NCBI GenBank assembly: GCA_951406725.2
Contig: OX597815.1
Location: 197,222,001-197,286,000, forward strand
Direction: 5' to 3'
Origin: Octopus vulgaris
Taxonomy: Eukaryota
Length of the DNA stretch: 64,000 bases
The notes under the pieces were generated by a model, which saw only the letters and a program-made list of their open reading frames with translations, was not told the DNA's origin and did not search any database. The position numbers and the translations under genes are program-made. Positions 52,557-64,000 of this stretch are shown piece by piece; the stretch's first letter is position 1, and each line of letters begins with the position of its first letter.

Positions 52557-52917
52557 GAGAGTGTCTGTGTGTGTGTATACATACTTAATCAAAATATACC
52601 TTTAATCCGGAGTGTTCAAAGAGAATTGTCGCTTTTGTAACTTCTCTGGTTACATTAAATTCGTACTTTCAAGTATAATCACCAAAGTAGTTACTTTGTG
52701 ATACTCAACTTAATTAATTGTCAAATTAATTGGCAATTATTGTAGGTTTATAACTCATACAGTTGTTTCCTCTTTGATGTCTTTCAGTTTCATTAGTGAA
52801 ATAATTATTCATACCCGGTATATACACATAATTCGACACACGCTTTAAATGCATATAGTTCTTACACTCATATATGTTTTCGTACACAAATTAGATCACC
52901 AACATTTATATACATTT

Positions 52918-53852
52918 TGATCTAAAATTTCTGTGGCGTTTATAAGTTGCGTTCATGTATGTGAGACTTTCATGTAGTTGTTTTCCTTCTGTATATAAAG
53001 AAATTTAATTTCTGTGTGAAGATAACCCGCAGTTACCTAATACTACATGTGCTTAGTTATTTTTACGTATATATTAACGAGAGTACAGTGTTTCCATCTA
53101 ACATAAATACAGTTATATATATGCATACAAATGAGGGTTTTAATCAAAATTATATCATATAGTGTAGTTTACACTATATGATATACAAAATATATATATT
53201 CTGATCTAAAATTTCTGTGGAGTTTGTAGGTTGCGTTCATGTATGTAAGACTTTCATGCGGTTGTTTTCCTTCTGTATATAAATAAACTAACAGTATCCC
53301 CCGGCGGTGCTCGCGTTTTGTTTCGACCCTTTAGAATTGTAAGTATGAAATGTAAAACTTTTGCATTATGTAGCTTGTTATTCTCTTTAAGTGAACATTT
53401 TTCTGGTTGAAATACACCGACAAATGGCACCACAGCAGTCAAAAAATCGTAAAATATAGGGATTTTCATAGAAAAAAAAGCACTTTTTCTAGGTAAATAA
53501 TTTTTGGTGTTAACAGGTCCGATTTGAATTTTGTCTTCTACGGAAGGAAGAGCAAGCCTTCTTCTATCATTCTTTCAATTTTGTTCAACTTGCGCTGCAG
53601 GGTCTCGGAGGAGATAGTGTTAGGTGAAGGCTACTAAACCTGCCATACACAGACAACTTCAGTTTTATATATAGAGAGATTTAATTTCTGTGTTAAGATA
53701 ACCCTCAGTTACCTAATACTACATGTGCTTAGTTATTTTTACGTATATATTAACGAGTGTACATTGTTTCCATCTAACATAAATGCAGTAATATATATGC
53801 ATATATATGAGGGTTTTAATCAAAAATATATCATATAATGTAGTTTACACTA
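52918..53852. repeat. Tandem duplication, ~284-bp period; second unit carries the small Helitron
   Basis: tgatctaaaatttctgtgg...tgtagtttacacta occurs twice. Confidence 0.9.
53288..53679 (-). mobile_element. Non-autonomous Helitron, 392 bp
   Basis: Minus-strand 5' end TCTCTCTATATATAAAACTGAAGTTGTCTGTG resembles the autonomous copy. The 3' end is a degenerate GC hairpin followed by ...ATACTGTTAG (CTAG->TTAG). Inserted between A and T without TSD relative to the empty paralogous site at 53003/53004. Confidence 0.9.
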
Positions 53853-54275
53853 CCATTACACATGTTGTACGAACGGAAACACTGAAGCTCTGGTACAGCA
53901 ATCGATGGTAATTTCATATATGTTCTAATCATATTTGAAATCAGAAAGAGAAGAATAACTTTCCGAACAATTTACAATGTAAATAAATTACAATGAAGTG
54001 AATCCTCGTGAGAATGGTACAACGTATTTCTATGCACACTTGTCATTGGTATGAAGGCAAAATTGAAGGAAAATTGCAATAGTTATGTATTATAAACAAG
54101 TTGGTTCTTGAATCTGGTTTAGTGAAGATGAGATGCAGAACCATATAATGAACGAAGGTAAACATTCAGAGAATTCCAATGTAATATATATGCATGTATG
54201 CATATATAAATGTATGTGTGTTTAAATATAAACACACGAAGCAATATACATATGGATGATACTATTATATGTACA

Positions 54276-54317
<42 letters not shown>

Positions 54318-54588
54318 TATATATATATATGCGCGTGTGTGTGTATTTATATATATGTATGTGTAGACACGCACACACACTCATATGTTTATATGTATGT
54401 ATGTATGTCTACAACTGTGTGCGTATCTCTATGTGTACTCTATTCGCATATGTGTGCGCGCGCGTGTATATATATGTATATATATATATGTATATATATA
54501 TGTATATATATATATGTATATATATATATGTATAAATATATATGTATATATATATATATGTATAAATATATATGTATATATATAAAAA

Positions 54589-54630
<42 letters not shown>

Positions 54631-55423
54631 GATGTGAAAAACCGTGAATATATCAGGAATATTTAACATTGAGAGAATCGTACAAAACCCAGTCTGCATA
54701 ATTTAATAGACATGAACACAACCGTACGCGCGCGTACACAAACATACACACACGAGACGTATAGGAATTTGATGATCGCCTCATCTTATCGCATGATGGC
54801 AGTCTCACATTAACTAATAATGGGACAGTAGTACGTCTTTGTATTTAAATAACAACAGCTTATACAACGCTTCTCACTCTCTCTCGGTTACCTTAGTATG
54901 CCTATGTTCCACTGGCAAGCAATGCCATACGACGGGGTCTATTTTTGATCACAGGTTTTATAACGTTACTTTTATAACGTTACAAGCGTGTATTTGTGTT
55001 CCTGTGTATGTTTCGACGTTTGTCTTTGCGTATGTGTTTCTGGGTGTATGTTGGTTTTCAAGTCTGCTCAAGAATGCAAATAAAATTTACATTAGGCTTA
55101 GTATTTCTAATATATTCACGGTGATGTGTCTCACTATTATATATAATTTTGTAATCTACTGTATATTCTATGCGGAATAAGATGTTCATTTTCATTTTCA
55201 TTTTCATGAATACGAAATTATGTCATATGCTTATGCGGAACATGGTAGTACAATTGACATTTTATACAAAGGTAATTTAATAGCTATATTACACACTGAA
55301 TTATTGTTGATTCATTGATTTAAGAATGCATTAACAGTTATAACCTATGTAAACTGGAAGTAGTTCGTAAGCAAAATTCTAGAATAATCAGACAGAAATA
55401 TATTACAAATGCATGCGTTCATA

Positions 55424-55642
55424 CGAGCGGTTGCTGAAAATTTCCTGGTTTTGGGTAAAAATAAAAGTTAAAATAGAGGAGGATCAGTCAATGATGATTT
55501 TAATCCACATTGTCACCTCTCAGAATTACTCAGTTATTGCAGTGGTCCGTCACTTTTTCTAAGACCTGTAAAACGACTCGTAAGTTCGGGCTTCCAAATA
55601 CGCGTATAACCGTAAAGCCAGGAACTTTTCAGCACCCGCTCG
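55424..55642. mobile_element. Tc1/mariner-type MITE
   Basis: ~28-bp TIRs cgagcggttgctgaaaatttcctggttt / aaagccaggaacttttcagcacccgctcg. TA on the left, TT on the right. Confidence 0.8.
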
Positions 55643-55672
55643 TTCGTACAAATATGCGTATCCTTTCTCTCA

Positions 55673-55777
<105 letters not shown>

Positions 55778-55879
55778 CGAGAAGTTGAGTTTATAAGAGA
55801 TAATGGTGTCATTGAGACCCAAAGGTCTTATTCAGGTAATGCTGAATAAGTGCTATAGACAGACCATAGTTAAGTTCCT

Positions 55880-56160
<281 letters not shown>

Positions 56161-56218
56161 AAAAATATCAATACGACGAAGTTGCATAGTATTACTTTTG
56201 ATTCCACATCATATAACA

Positions 56219-56449
56219 CTCTCTTTACTCTTTTTTACTCTTTTACTTGTTTCAGTCATTTGACTGCGGTCATGTTGGAGCACCGCCTTTAGTCGAGCAA
56301 ATCGACCCCGGGACTTATTCTTTGTAAGCCAAGTACTTATTCTATCGGTCTCTTTTGCCGAACCGCTAAGTGACGGGGACATAAACACACCAGCATCGGT
56401 TGTCAAGCAATGCTAGGGGGACCAAACACAGACACACAAACATACACAC

Positions 56450-56492
<43 letters not shown>

Positions 56493-56658
56493 TACGACAT
56501 GCTTCTTTCAGTTTCCGTCTACCAAATCCACTCACAAGGCATTGGTCGTCCCGGGGCTATAGCAGAAGACACTTGCCCAAGATGCCACGCAGTGGGACTG
56601 AACCTGGAACCCTGTGGCTGGTTAGCAAGATACTTACCACACAGCCACTCCTGCGCCT
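56219..56658 (-). mobile_element. SINE family A
   Basis: Reverse full-length match. Confidence 0.92.
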
Positions 56659-57171
56659 ACACGCTGAGTAGATAAACAAAAAAACTTTAAGCAGTTACAT
56701 CGAAAGATATAGAGTAAAGACCCTAAAGAAATTGCATCGGTATTATAGAAGGATTGCAATTACAACGGTTTCTAATCGGTGCAACTGAAACATGTGTTGG
56801 TCAATGTAAACCTATATATATGTTAAAAGAATTGAAGCTAATGCTATGAAACTTATTGTTGATATTATATTCTCCATGAAACCTATATGCTTATGGTAAT
56901 ATATTCAGAATTAGCCAACGGAATATATCCCTAAATTCTTATCTTATAAGAACTTTAATGCATTTATATGTTAAATGTTGAATAACCTATTTTGAATATC
57001 TAATTGAGAGCGAACCGGCAATCGTTATGGAGTAATCCCTTGCTATTTATACACAAACACCCACACATATGTAATTATATTTAAGGATATCACAGAGGTA
57101 CCACCAAGCTAGAAATAGCAGTCAAAACTGACTATAGAACCACATCGTGTATTCATATATAAGCTCTAAAA

Positions 57172-57247
57172 TTCACTGGCATATGGCGTAGTGGTTAAGA
57201 GCGCGGGCTACAAACCCCAAGATTCCGAGTTCGATTCCAGGCATTGA

Positions 57248-57334
<87 letters not shown>

Positions 57335-57545
57335 TGATGATGATAAGAAGAAGAAGAAGAAGAAGAAGAACATCGAACAATATCTTAGGAATGAGAACAC
57401 AGGTTCGAAATTTCCTCAAGACACCTGATGAAGGCTGGAGGGCATATCAGCCGAAACTTTGTGTTAACAACAAACAAGATGAGGACAAATATCCGTCAAT
57501 TGTAAATAATGTACATAATTGCTCATCTCTTAAATATAGAACTGT
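57172..57545 (+). mobile_element. Composite element: tRNA-like head, (AAT)n(GAT)n(AAG)n, hammerhead-containing body
   Basis: A box TGGCGTAGTGG (57184), B box GTTCGATTCC (57229), hammerhead motif at 57420-57465. No clear TSD. Confidence 0.65.
57420..57465 (+). ncRNA. Minimal type I hammerhead ribozyme motif, canonical C3-G8 core (stem III possibly mutated)
   Basis: GACAC-CTGATGA-A-GGCTG gagggcatat CAGCC-GAAA-C(T)-TT-GTGTT. A single T->G change would give the palindromic stem III ACGT. Confidence 0.75.
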
Positions 57546-58113
57546 ATTGACTACCAGTTTTTGAAGCACCTTGATAGTTTTCTGGAGTTCAAAAACCAAA
57601 CCGCTGCTGATAGTGCCTTTCAAAGAGTTCACCAGCTCTAGAACTCCAGATTTCTATGTTACCAGAATAAACAAACTTCTAACTGGTTGACAAAAATCTG
57701 TTCATTGTAGTGGTACGTAATTTGATGAATAAAACTTCCGCATTGTTGAAATATATTGTGATGAATTTCATGTTTCATAATGTAGCTTACTTTTGACTCA
57801 GACTGATATATAAAACATTATTAATAATGATAAGGAGAACGAAGACTTCGCATCCATAATTTTATTTTAAAGTTATTTGCAGCATTGTATTTCGTTTTTG
57901 AAATTGGTTTGCATGATTCTTAATATGAGTTCGTGTGTTGAAGCATATTCTATTGTGTCTGGAGGGAGTAATTTTCTTTTTGTGACTTATGATTTAAAAC
58001 ATTCACCAGTAAAATGTCCACTTGTTATTTTTTTTATCCTAAAATTTTCGTTGTGTCTTGCAACTTTTGCAATAGTCTTGATTTGTAAGCCCAGAAAATT
58101 ATAATAGTCAAGA

Positions 58114-58150
58114 CTATTGAAAAGGTTGCAAGACGCAACGAAAATTTTAG
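58114..58150 (+). ncRNA. Minimal type I hammerhead-like motif with U3-A8 core
   Basis: CTA-TTGAAAA-G-GTTGC aagac GCAAC-GAAA-AT-TT-TAG: stem II 5 bp, palindromic stem III AATT, stem I only 3 bp. Confidence 0.6.
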
Positions 58151-58164
58151 GAAAATAAATATAA

Positions 58165-58327
58165 GGCGCAGGAGTGGCTGTGTGGTAAGTAGCTTGCTAA
58201 CCAACCACATGGTTCCGGGTTCAGTCCCACTGCGTGGCATCTTGGGCAAGTGTCTTCTGCTATAGCCCCGGGCCGACCAATGCCTTGTGAGTGGATTTGG
58301 TAGACGGAAACTGAAAGAAGCCTGTCG

Positions 58328-58362
<35 letters not shown>

Positions 58363-58588
58363 ATATGTGTTTGAGTGTCTGTGTTTGTCCCCCTAGCATT
58401 GCTTGACAACCGATGCTGGTGTGTTTATGTCCCCGTCACTTAGCGGTTCGGCAAAAAGAGACCGATAGAATAAGTACTGGGCTTACAAAAGAATAAGTCC
58501 CGGGGTCGATTTGCTCGACTAAAGGCGGTGCTCCAGCATGGCCGCAGTCAAATGACTGAAACAAGTAAAAGAGTAAAGAGTAAAAGAT
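58165..58588 (+). mobile_element. SINE family A, young-looking full-length copy
   Basis: Complete head ggcgcaggagtggctgtgtgg through the (gtaaaaga)n tail. Confidence 0.93.
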
Positions 58589-60562
58589 TATACGGAATAA
58601 GTGGAAATTTTACCAGTGAGTGTGTTAAACTATGAGGCACAAATAGAAAATGACTCTCCCCAGACACAACAGAATACAGCATTGTAAATAACTGTAAAAT
58701 AAGTATCTCCGTTCTCCTTACCATTATTAAAACTATTACTTACTCTACGGAAAACATACAGACCTGAATAGGACACTCGGGTTAACCCAACGAGAATAGT
58801 TAACCAAACCTAGGAACTTATTGCTAACTAGGGTATCAGCCGGCATCTGAAACCTATTTAAGAGGAGACACGGTAACCGCCAGGGAAACATATCCCTTTG
58901 AAATCATTGTTGGGGACACATACACACGCGCACAAACACACATACACCCACACCCATATATTTGTATATATATGTGTGTGTGTGTATGAATATGGACATA
59001 ATCACATGTATGCAAGAATATAGGAAATATAAATGAGCTTATCTATTCACGTGTGTGATCCATTTGCATGTACGTATCTGAATGCGGATCCGTGTTACAC
59101 AACTGTCAGTAAATATGGAGCGTTTTACGACTGTATATAAAAATGCAAGAAATTATATAAAGTCGTATTGCCATTTGAACATCATTTACTCATGTTCATA
59201 TTATATTTCACATACAGTAGTTAGGGAGTTAATATCTAATATCAGAATAATATTCAGGCAGAGATACGCTTTTTCACACATTCTAACTCATATACATATC
59301 ACCAAATACACACAAAACACATACACAGGCACAAATATGTATATATATATATATATATATGCATGTATGTATTATGTATTTTTCTACCTACCTACCTACC
59401 TACCTACCCATCTCTCTCTCTCTATCTATCTTTATATCTATATATTTATGCAATTTTGCTAAGGGCCATACTGGAAAACCTCGACTATTTAATCACTTTC
59501 AGAACCCTTTATGATTAATAAATAAACTTATACGCTCTTCCTTTGAGTTCTATTCCTCCGTTTCTTTTTGCTATCGAAAAACTATGCGTGAGTTAGTGTG
59601 TCTGTGTGTATGCATGTGATTGTATGCGAATGTGAATGAGTTTGTGTGTGTGTGTGTTTGTATAAAAATCCTGTATTATAGCTATATTTTTCGAAGATTA
59701 TAATATTTGCCTTTATGAGCGAAAACATGGATGATCAATATCATAATTCGTTTCAGGAAGAAAATAAAATTATTCAGTGAATTATATGTAGGCTGACCTG
59801 TGGGTTTAAAATTGTTCATGAATCTTCTGAAGTAAGTTACATATTGAAAGGAATTTCTCGTAGCTAATCATATATATTTATGTTAAAATGAAGTAAAGAT
59901 ACCCATAAATTTAATCCATTATTTTACATATTTGCTTCATTCGTTTCTGTTTGTTTTATAAAATTTCCTTTTTATTGCATTATATTTTTATCAGTTACCA
60001 AATTTCATCCGAGAGAAATATCGGCTACACAACTGCGTAAATTTATTTAATAAGCAATGCAGATGATATTTATTAAGAAAATGCAAAATAAGAGAAAACA
60101 CAAAATATAAAATAAAAAAATAAATAAATACGAATTAAACATGCAGTAAAAAAGTGCTGGTGAAAAAAAATGCGATAAAAGTTAAATAAACCGCCCCAAA
60201 AATAACAGAAAAAAATTAGGAAAAATTGAGATGTGCAATGATAACCCCTGTTCAGTTTCTGAAGATGAAATTTGAGAATCATTGATAAAATTATTTCTAC
60301 GACATTGGCGCCGTTCTAACTATATTATAATGGCTAGCATATGCTGTCTTTCCATTGCAGTTATGGTAACACTATTATAGAGTTACTATAAATATCGGCT
60401 GGCTCAGGGAATATAACATTAGTTGCTAAGATAAAAGAATGATAATAATAATTATTATGGTGAAATTAATGTGGATATTAATATTGAAAGTGATCCGTTT
60501 GAAATATTACATCGCGCTGTGTATAAATGGATTGCGAATAATCCACGGCTTGATATTAACAC

Positions 60563-60636
<74 letters not shown>

Positions 60637-61966
60637 AAATCAATTTAAAATCGATAGAAGTAGTGAAAATGGGAGACATACAGAAATTTGGGGAGGAGTG
60701 AAGAATATTCAGGAGATCAAAAAGAAAGTGATTCGACTTAATATGTTCAACAGGTAAATATCATGGACTCATTATCAGCCTCGTATCTCTACCTCAAACG
60801 TTGGAGAAAATGAACAACTGACAATTACTAAGAAGTGAAAGTTTGCGGAAATTTTATTGAAATGGTTAATGGGCATTTGGAAATTCCTGACAAAATATAT
60901 GGTATTCTAAATATATGGCGTACTAAAATATCATACAATTTGAAACCTTTACTAAGTGGAAACATCACCCGAGTATCCAAGAAAGACTCGGCAAACGCAA
61001 ACGCATTTTATTTCAACCTGTGTTCCTATATGAGGGAAGTGTCTGTTAAAAATGCGATAATAGAAATATGTGGAGAGTGATCAATGCAACACTTACTGCG
61101 AATGCTCATCGTTATAAATTGCTTACATGGCATCGCTCCGAAATAATCATAATGAAATCATAATTATGTGGCATGTTTATAAATCGCTGCAGCCGAATAA
61201 TCTACTCTAAGACAAACACACACAGACACATACGCACACATACACAGAGACACATACACACACAAATGCACACGGACACACACATGTACACTCACAAACA
61301 GAAGCACACGCATATACACAACATATATTCCCTCACTAACACTTACAGAGAAAGAATGGTGTTACTACGAAGGAAAAAGATGAATGTGGAAAAACACAGG
61401 GATGATAAATTGCCATTATATAGCGTGGATCTGCTGACAACCAAATTTATCTGAACACTCCTGAATTGCTACGATGGCTCCTGGCATTAACTCAGCTTCC
61501 TTCGAAAGGACCATAGCTGACACTGCTCCACCTTACTTTCTAATATCAATAAATCATCACTTGTTTTCTCCGTTTAGCACCTTCACTTCTTTCTAGCGTC
61601 ATTCTTTCCGCCGTCTTTTTTCATTCTAATGTCTGATTTCTTCAGTCTATCATCGACTCATTGACATTTAAATGTAAAATAATCTACCAAACTTTTTGAC
61701 ACACAACCATTAATTCGTTTCTTTGTAAACAATACATGAGTGTACAAAAAAAAAACCCCCAAAAAAACAATAAAAAATAAAAGAGGACTTGATGTATGAA
61801 TATACCGTGAGGTAATTCTTTAAAGTTTTAATGACTGAAAAAAAGTATTTAAAAACCCAATTGGCTGCCCAGATAAAGCCAATATTATCGATAAATTCTA
61901 CTATATCCAACTTTAGTAAATATTTTGCTGATTACTATACTAGATTACACACACACGCACACATAC

Positions 61967-62050
<84 letters not shown>

Positions 62051-62071
62051 GTATATATGTATATATATTGA

Positions 62072-62398
62072 GACCCCCTTCGGTCGTGATTGACCATGGG
62101 GTTGCACTTAGAAAGTTACCCTCTCAGGCACAAGACCGGGCAAGGTTGTTTATGGAAGACCAGCAGTCACCCATGCATATCGGCCTCCCCTCTCTACGCC
62201 ACCAGCGTTATCCAAGGGAAAGGCAACGACTGATACAGCTAGCCACCTGTGACGTCGCAACTTATTTCTACAGCTGAGTGAACTGGAGCAACGTGAAATA
62301 AAGTGTCTTGCTCAAGAACACAACACGCAGCCCGGTCCGAGATTCGAACTCACAACCTCACGATCGTAAGCTCGACGCTCTAACCACTGAGACATGTG
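62072..62398 (-). mobile_element. SINE family E variant (same CORE-like middle, different tail)
   Basis: tRNA head (minus strand cagtggttagagcgtcgagc...gagttcgaatctc). Middle shared with 26210; distinct 3' region. Confidence 0.8.
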
Positions 62399-62864
62399 TG
62401 TGGAGTGTGTGTGTGTACATATGAGGTGACAGAGGTGGAGAGCACATCGCTTTTTGTGATGAAGTTGTGCTTGATAAGTGTATCATTCTTATACATGGAA
62501 TTTTCTATATTTGTGGAATTTTCAAAACTCCTATTTTCAGTTCCATAAACACATCTGTGTCATTTTTAGTTCGAGTTACATAAGAAAAGATTGGAAATTC
62601 AGTGAATATTTAACCTCCATCAACATTCAGCTCATTTGGTATTGATTACTTCAATATCAGATTGGAACTAAAAAAAAAGAAGACGTTGTTCATCATAACT
62701 TTTTAACGATAATACTTTACTTGTTTCATTCATTGGACTACGGCTATGATGAGTTTAGTCAGAAATATTTAGCCCAGGACTTGCTTCGTTTAAGGTCTGA
62801 TACTTATATCTCCGTTCTTTTGTCGAACGACTAACCAGCACCGGTTGCCAAGTGGAGATATATA

Positions 62865-63080
62865 CAGGGTGGCCCAAAAGTAGGTTTGCAGTAATTCAAC
62901 TATCCATTTCGTATTCCTATATTAACAGTTTATATCTTAATTACAAAAAATATGAAACCATTATTCTATGCTAATTAGGTTAATTGTAAGATAGAAATTA
63001 AAATATGATAAATTATTTTAAAAGAAATTTAAAAGAAAGTGCCTATACGATAATTGTAAACCCACTTTCGGGCAACCCTG
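62865..63080. mobile_element. Tc1/mariner-type MITE nested in an old SINE A (62714-63205)
   Basis: TIRs cagggtggcccaaaagtaggtttgcagt / attgtaaacccactttcgggcaaccctg; TA TSD on both sides. Confidence 0.88.
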
Positions 63081-63251
63081 TATATCAATCATATTCACAA
63101 AGCTTTAGTCAGCTCGAGGTTGATAATAGAAGATACTTGTTGAAGGCGATGTATCATGGGACTGAATCTAAGGTCTGATGTTTGAGAAGTAAACCTCTTA
63201 CCCGCACCCCTAGACGTCAGCAAATTAATCGTAAAGTTAAAACAATCCTAC

Positions 63252-63449
63252 ACTTTTACTATTTTATTCGTTTCAGTCATTTGACTGCGGCCATACTGGA
63301 GCACCGCCTTTAGTCAAGCAAATCGACCCCAGGACTTATACTTTGTAAGCTTAGTACTTATTCTATCTTTTGCCGAACCGCTATGTTACGGGGACGTAAA
63401 CAAACCAGTATCGGTTGTCAAGCGATGTTGGGGGGACAAAGAAAGACAT

Positions 63450-63485
<36 letters not shown>

Positions 63486-63662
63486 GTATACATATATATG
63501 ACGGGCTTCTTTCAATTTCCATCTATCAAATCCACTCACAAGGCTTTGGCCGTCGCGAGGTTGTAGTAGAAAACACTTGCCCAAGGTGCCACGCGGTGGG
63601 ACTGAACCCAGAACAATATTGTTCGTAAGCAAGCTGCATACCACACAGCCACTTCTGCTCCT
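63252..63662 (-). mobile_element. SINE family A
   Basis: Reverse full-length match. Confidence 0.88.
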
Positions 63663-64000
63663 ATACAGAAATTATAGATTAATTTGAACGGTGGTGTCTA
63701 TATTGGATAATATACATGTATTAAGTAATAGAATATAAAACTATGATACGCACATACACACACTGAGTGCTTGGGTACACGTTACGCACATAATCAGGTA
63801 AATAGTTACAGAATAATTATACAGTGTATCTAACATAACAGATAACACATCTTTCGAAATCCTAATTCTTATAAAGCTGTGACGTTTATGCTAGTATATT
63901 CTACAAGAATTTATTGAAATGCTTCGAACATTCAAATAATTGAAATTCACGAAACTTTTCATGTTCAGTTATTCTTTTCATCTTCCTTGAAACTATTTCT

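Larger units (their letters stand above)
57940..58680. mobile_element. Fold-back Penelope-like remnant whose right arm is interrupted by a SINE A
   Basis: The left arm (57940-58081) is inverted relative to 58108-58160 plus 58589-58680, e.g. attctattgtgtctgg / ccagacacaacagaat and tcctaaaattttcgttg / caacgaaaattttagga. Confidence 0.8.

Noticed and set aside
57172-57249. Functional tRNA gene
   Set aside because: Stems are imperfect, there is no clear anticodon arm or oligo-T terminator, and it runs into a repeat. Treated as a SINE-type head.
60355-60435. RFX X-box-like motifs gttatggtaac and gttgctaagataa
   Set aside because: Partial matches with no associated gene evidence.

Overview
AT-rich, microsatellite-dense animal genomic DNA made up almost entirely of repeats. 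The SINE repertoire and the (AT)n/(AC)n/(AAT)n density suggest an octopus or other coleoid cephalopod (inference). The only long intact ORF is the Rep/helicase of a complete ~6.1-kb autonomous Helitron (11198-17342, minus strand). It has 5'-TC and 3'-hairpin-CTAG ends, sits between A and T inside the microsatellite of a SINE, and carries nine 23-aa STPR-like repeats at its N-terminus. A related 392-bp non-autonomous Helitron lies at 53288-53679, next to a paralogous empty site. The rest is at least five tRNA-derived SINE families, decayed R4/Dong-, CR1- and RTE-like LINEs, two Tc1/mariner MITEs and a 5S rRNA-derived segment fused to a repeat body. The most interesting signal is a set of short, mostly fold-back, Penelope-like remnants carrying minimal type I hammerhead ribozyme motifs. 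Their cores show three Watson-Crick versions of the 3:8 pair (C3-G8, U3-A8, G3-C8) plus an A6U variant, and one motif sits behind a tRNA-like Pol III head. Nearly all small ORFs in the track are microsatellite or SINE artefacts. Host exons are only tentatively suggested. SINE family labels A-E are my own.
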